Assembly: GCA_000934665.2 (NCBI GenBank)
Contig: KZ537999.1
Span: 310,001-336,006, forward strand
Direction: 5' to 3'
Source of the DNA: Catajapyx aquilonaris
Taxonomy: Eukaryota
Length of the DNA stretch: 26,006 nucleotides
A model generated the notes under the pieces. It saw nothing but the letters and a program-made list of their open reading frames with translations, made no database searches and was not told the origin of the DNA. Numbering within the stretch: the first letter of the stretch is position 1; each line of letters opens with the position of its first letter. The translations under genes were made by a program, and so were the position numbers. Shown here in pieces: positions 22,779 to 26,006 of this stretch.

Positions 22779-24520
22779 CTAGAAAGTAGTTTTATTGCAC
22801 GGTTGGAAATCTTTTAACGTTGAGGAATAATGTACATTTGAGTTGCCTACTTGTCCTTCGTCTCCGTCGCCAACAGGCCCAGTTGCTGTCCCCGAAAGGC
22901 AACCAATCTCGTGAGGTTTTATAGTTCCATTCAGAAGGGCACCATACACAGCTGCTCCATACACAACGACTTCCTCTGGAGGGATGCTCTGGTCCAGATC
23001 TTTCATCTGGAAGTGATCTCTCAGTATCTCCCTCACCTTGGGAATTCTGGTCGAACCACCCACGAGAACCACGTGCTTTATTTCACTTTTGCTTATTCTT
23101 CCATTAGAAAGAGCTTGATCCACTACGTTGAGGGTCCTCCTGATCTTGTTTGCGCACATGTCATCAAATTCTTGTCGAGAAATCTGTTGATATTAATTAA
23201 GAATCAAAATAACGTGACATTTTTTAAATGACTGGTAATCATTTCCTCAAATACTGTATTAAGCAGATGTTCATGATGCAGTGTCTTTACCGGACATATC
23301 ATTCAGTCTTATGAATATGATCATTGCAATTATATTGATTATTGACTATTTATAACCACTGCTGTCACTGGTCAGTAAATGAAGTGACTTTTGTCTGGCT
23401 ACACATTCCTTCATCGATTAAAAACGATGCATTATTCAGCATAATGAATGCAGCTGGGAGTGAAGCACTGGGAGACCAGAATTATTGTACAAGAAACTTT
23501 TACAGAATACTGGCCCATATGAGCTACTCTAGTCTATAGTGAACGTACCTTACAGTTGAAATTCAAATCCTTGCAAAGAGAGTCAACTTTTATCGTGGCT
23601 TCACCTTCCGAGGACAGGGTTTTCTTTGCTTCCTCACAGGCCAGCAATAGCCTCCATTTGCTATTATTGTCCTGCGCAAAGTCAAGGTTATATTTCGTCA
23701 TTATTACCTTCAAACAGTGAAGAAATATGATTCGTTCCAGGATCTTGCCTCCCATTATTATGTTATTGGAGGTTGCCACCATCTCAGGGTGTAAGTCCTT
23801 CACATTCATCACCGACACTTCTGTTGTGTAGGTCCCTAGGTCATACACCAGCACCAGACCAGCGTCTTTTATCTTTTTTTCGTAGCAGTAGGCTATAGCA
23901 GCAGCTTTTGGATTGTCGATGACGTGAATCCGTTCGATTTTGGATTTTCTGACGACACTGTTCGTCGCCTGCTCTCGTTGAGCCTCGTTGAAATACAATG
24001 GTACTGTCATTACAGCGTGGCTCACTTGGAGTTTCATGAATTCCTGCACATTTTCCAACATTATCTTCAACAACGTGGACATGATGTCTTCTGGGTAATA
24101 CGCTTTTAGCTTATTATTTTCCGCAACTTCAACCTGTACTTTTCCTTCTCTGAGAGACACTTGAAACGGCCACGGGAATAATGGTTGAGAGGAGACGTCC
24201 ACCTCTCGTCCAATCAGTCGTTTCATGTCAAAGAAAGTGCTATTCGTGTTCCATCCCACCTGTAAAGAAGAGTGAGAGATTCCTCTGAAATAAAGCATCA
24301 TATTAAGTGCACCTCATTATGAAACCATCAGACTAACACTTGTTTTGGCAAACTCTCCAACGGATGCTTTTTTGCCGATAAATGCGACATAACTGGGCGT
24401 GAAGGTTTTTTCCGTGTGGATGTTAGGCAAGAGCTTGACTTCTCCATCTTTCCACACCGCAATTCTGGACTCGGACGTGCCCAAGTCGATTCCAAATATT
24501 GGCAACTTCCTTCCATCCAT
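22779..24520 (-). CDS. Divergent Hsp70-like nucleotide-binding-domain module, unit 7 (type C): about 432 aa alone, or N-terminal half of a spliced fusion
   Basis: Exons 24520-24338, 24259-23549, 23183-22779 (or to 22851 if spliced onward). Motifs: [52 protein letters not shown]. No SBD follows. Confidence 0.8.
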
Positions 24521-24648
24521 TTCCGCTTCGCCTGAAGGTTCTTCGATCACCCTCTGACCTTTTGCTGCTCTTCAGAAAGGGAAGTATCCCCTAGACGCTA
24601 TCAGTAAGAGACCCTATTGAAACCACCTTCATTCAAAAAAATATTCAA

Positions 24649-24815
24649 CAACAACAACAACAACATCACGACATTTCCCTATGAGGGGTAGTCAGCGATG
24701 AAGGGAGATGCAAGCTAACCCAACATATGAACTAATAAAACACATGAGAAAGAACCTAAAAACAACCTGTCCCACCCCCCACCCCTGCCCACCTCAGACA
24801 TCACCTTATCCTCAG
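24649..24815 (-). mobile_element. Short non-LTR retro-insertion (SINE or 5'-truncated LINE) with (TTG)n tail and 14-bp TSD
   Basis: Identical direct repeat aaaaaaatattcaa at 24635-24648 and 24816-24829. The insert starts on + with a (CAA)n run, i.e. a microsatellite 3' tail on -. Family not determined. Confidence 0.65.
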
Positions 24816-25210
24816 AAAAAAATATTCAATTCTAAGAAATAGAAAAGAAATGGTACCGGTATGCTGTGCCTTAAAATAATCATAACATACACACACAGGA
24901 ATGCGTTACACTTCAATGTTTGAGTGTCGTACACCACAGTCATGACCCTGAAAGAAATATATTGGCGTTCTTCTATACGACCAATCATGCACAATAAATT
25001 ATTACAGAGATAAGATGGACAAAGTACTCTCGGTTTAAATTCCTTAAAAATTCGGGAACATGGTCGCGTACATTATCAACATGAAAATTCCTGCTCTTCA
25101 TTGTAATTTATTTTTGAAACTGTTGGAGGGTAGGGGACTGTCACAGTATATCCCAACGATACTATGTATCTTACTGCAGATAATGAACATATAAAACCCT
25201 TTTCATGAAG

Positions 25211-26006
25211 TACGAGGGCTGATCAAAAAAGACTGAGACTTATTTTTTAATAAATATTGCTTTGAATCTTCACTTTTGAAATTGATATATTTGAAAACGG
25301 CGGGCTTTGTTTAATGAGGTGGCCAAATGGCGTCACTGTATGAGCATTCGTCTGGCTACACTGCTCGTTGCAAAGATGGCTGCTTCAATTTCGCCTCGCA
25401 CTGATGAAATGGAAGTGACACGCGAGGAGCAGTACGCGGCCATCAAATTCTGCTTTCGCCTGGGGAAAACGTTTTCAGAAACGTGGGAATGGTGTATCAA
25501 CGGTTCAAAAAGAATTGTCCCTCGCGTCGAGCGGGCAGCCACGCGTCAGGATGAAAGTTCAACCAGTTAACTGGTTCCTTTCAGCCTGACGCGTGGCTGC
25601 CCGCTCGACGCGAGGGACAATTCTTTTTGGACTGATGATACCAATACGCAGTTCCCCGCCACACTTCTGTCACCGGACAGTACTACCTCTCAGTGATCAA
25701 GACTCTCAGGAAGCACATCGCCAAAAAGCGCCCGGAACTCCATCTGAGTGGATGGAGGCTCCATCACGACAACGCCAGGCCTCATGTTGCGAATGACATA
25801 ACTAGATATTTGGCCAAAAAAGACATCTCCTGTGCACCGCAAGCTCCTTACAGCCCTGACCTGGCTCCATGTGACTTTTTTAAATTCCCCACTCTGAAGT
25901 CCAAGCTATGAGGACAGCGATTTGAGACGTCTACAGCTGTACTGAAGAAATCTGAGGCGATCCTGAAGGAGGTCACAAAGAATGGCCTGCACCATGTGTT
26001 TGACGA
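25211..26006 (+). mobile_element. Defective mariner (Tc1/mariner) element, internally deleted, running off the window end
   Basis: TA followed by a mariner-style end CGAGGGCTGATCAAAAAAGACTGAGACT. N-terminal HTH remnant EQYAAIKFCFRLGKT, catalytic-domain remnants LHHDNARPH and PYSPDLAPCDF, then a premature TGA at 25909-25911. The middle of the transposase is missing. Confidence 0.9.
25490..25643. repeat. Foldback palindrome inside the mariner remnant
   Basis: Perfect 45-bp arms at 25506-25550 and 25585-25629; central perfect palindrome aaccagttaactggtt at 25561-25576; imperfect extension to about 25490/25643. Confidence 0.92.

Noticed and set aside
1..26006. Prokaryotic interpretation (dnaK operon, CRISPR array, defence island)
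   Set aside because: Spliceosomal introns, a SINE, a mariner and eukaryote-type Hsp70 motifs are present, and there is no repeat-spacer array.

Overview
Eukaryotic (probably insect; inferred from the SINE and mariner types) genomic DNA dominated by a tandem cluster of seven intron-containing Hsp70-family units. Three lie on + (1518-3660, 6743-9053, 11505-13595) and four on - (16739-14548, 19816-17476, 22745-20429, 24520-22779). They share phase-0 intron positions and fall into three sequence types: type A (units 1, 2, 6), type B (units 3, 4) and a strongly divergent type C (units 5, 7) with degenerate ATPase motifs. None ends in EEVD. The most striking feature is that unit 7 (a divergent nucleotide-binding domain only) can be joined in frame to unit 6 through a 72-nt GT-AG intron, predicting a double-NBD Hsp70 fusion. 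That intron also carries AATAAA and its acceptor doubles as a TAG stop. Unit 6 has two in-frame nonsense codons but no frameshifts. Intergenic DNA holds a tRNA-derived SINE with a TSD, a MITE-like element with a nested hairpin, a TSD-flanked (TTG)n-tailed retro-insertion and a decayed mariner with a foldback palindrome. All gene models were assembled by eye from splice signals and paralog comparison, without transcript evidence.
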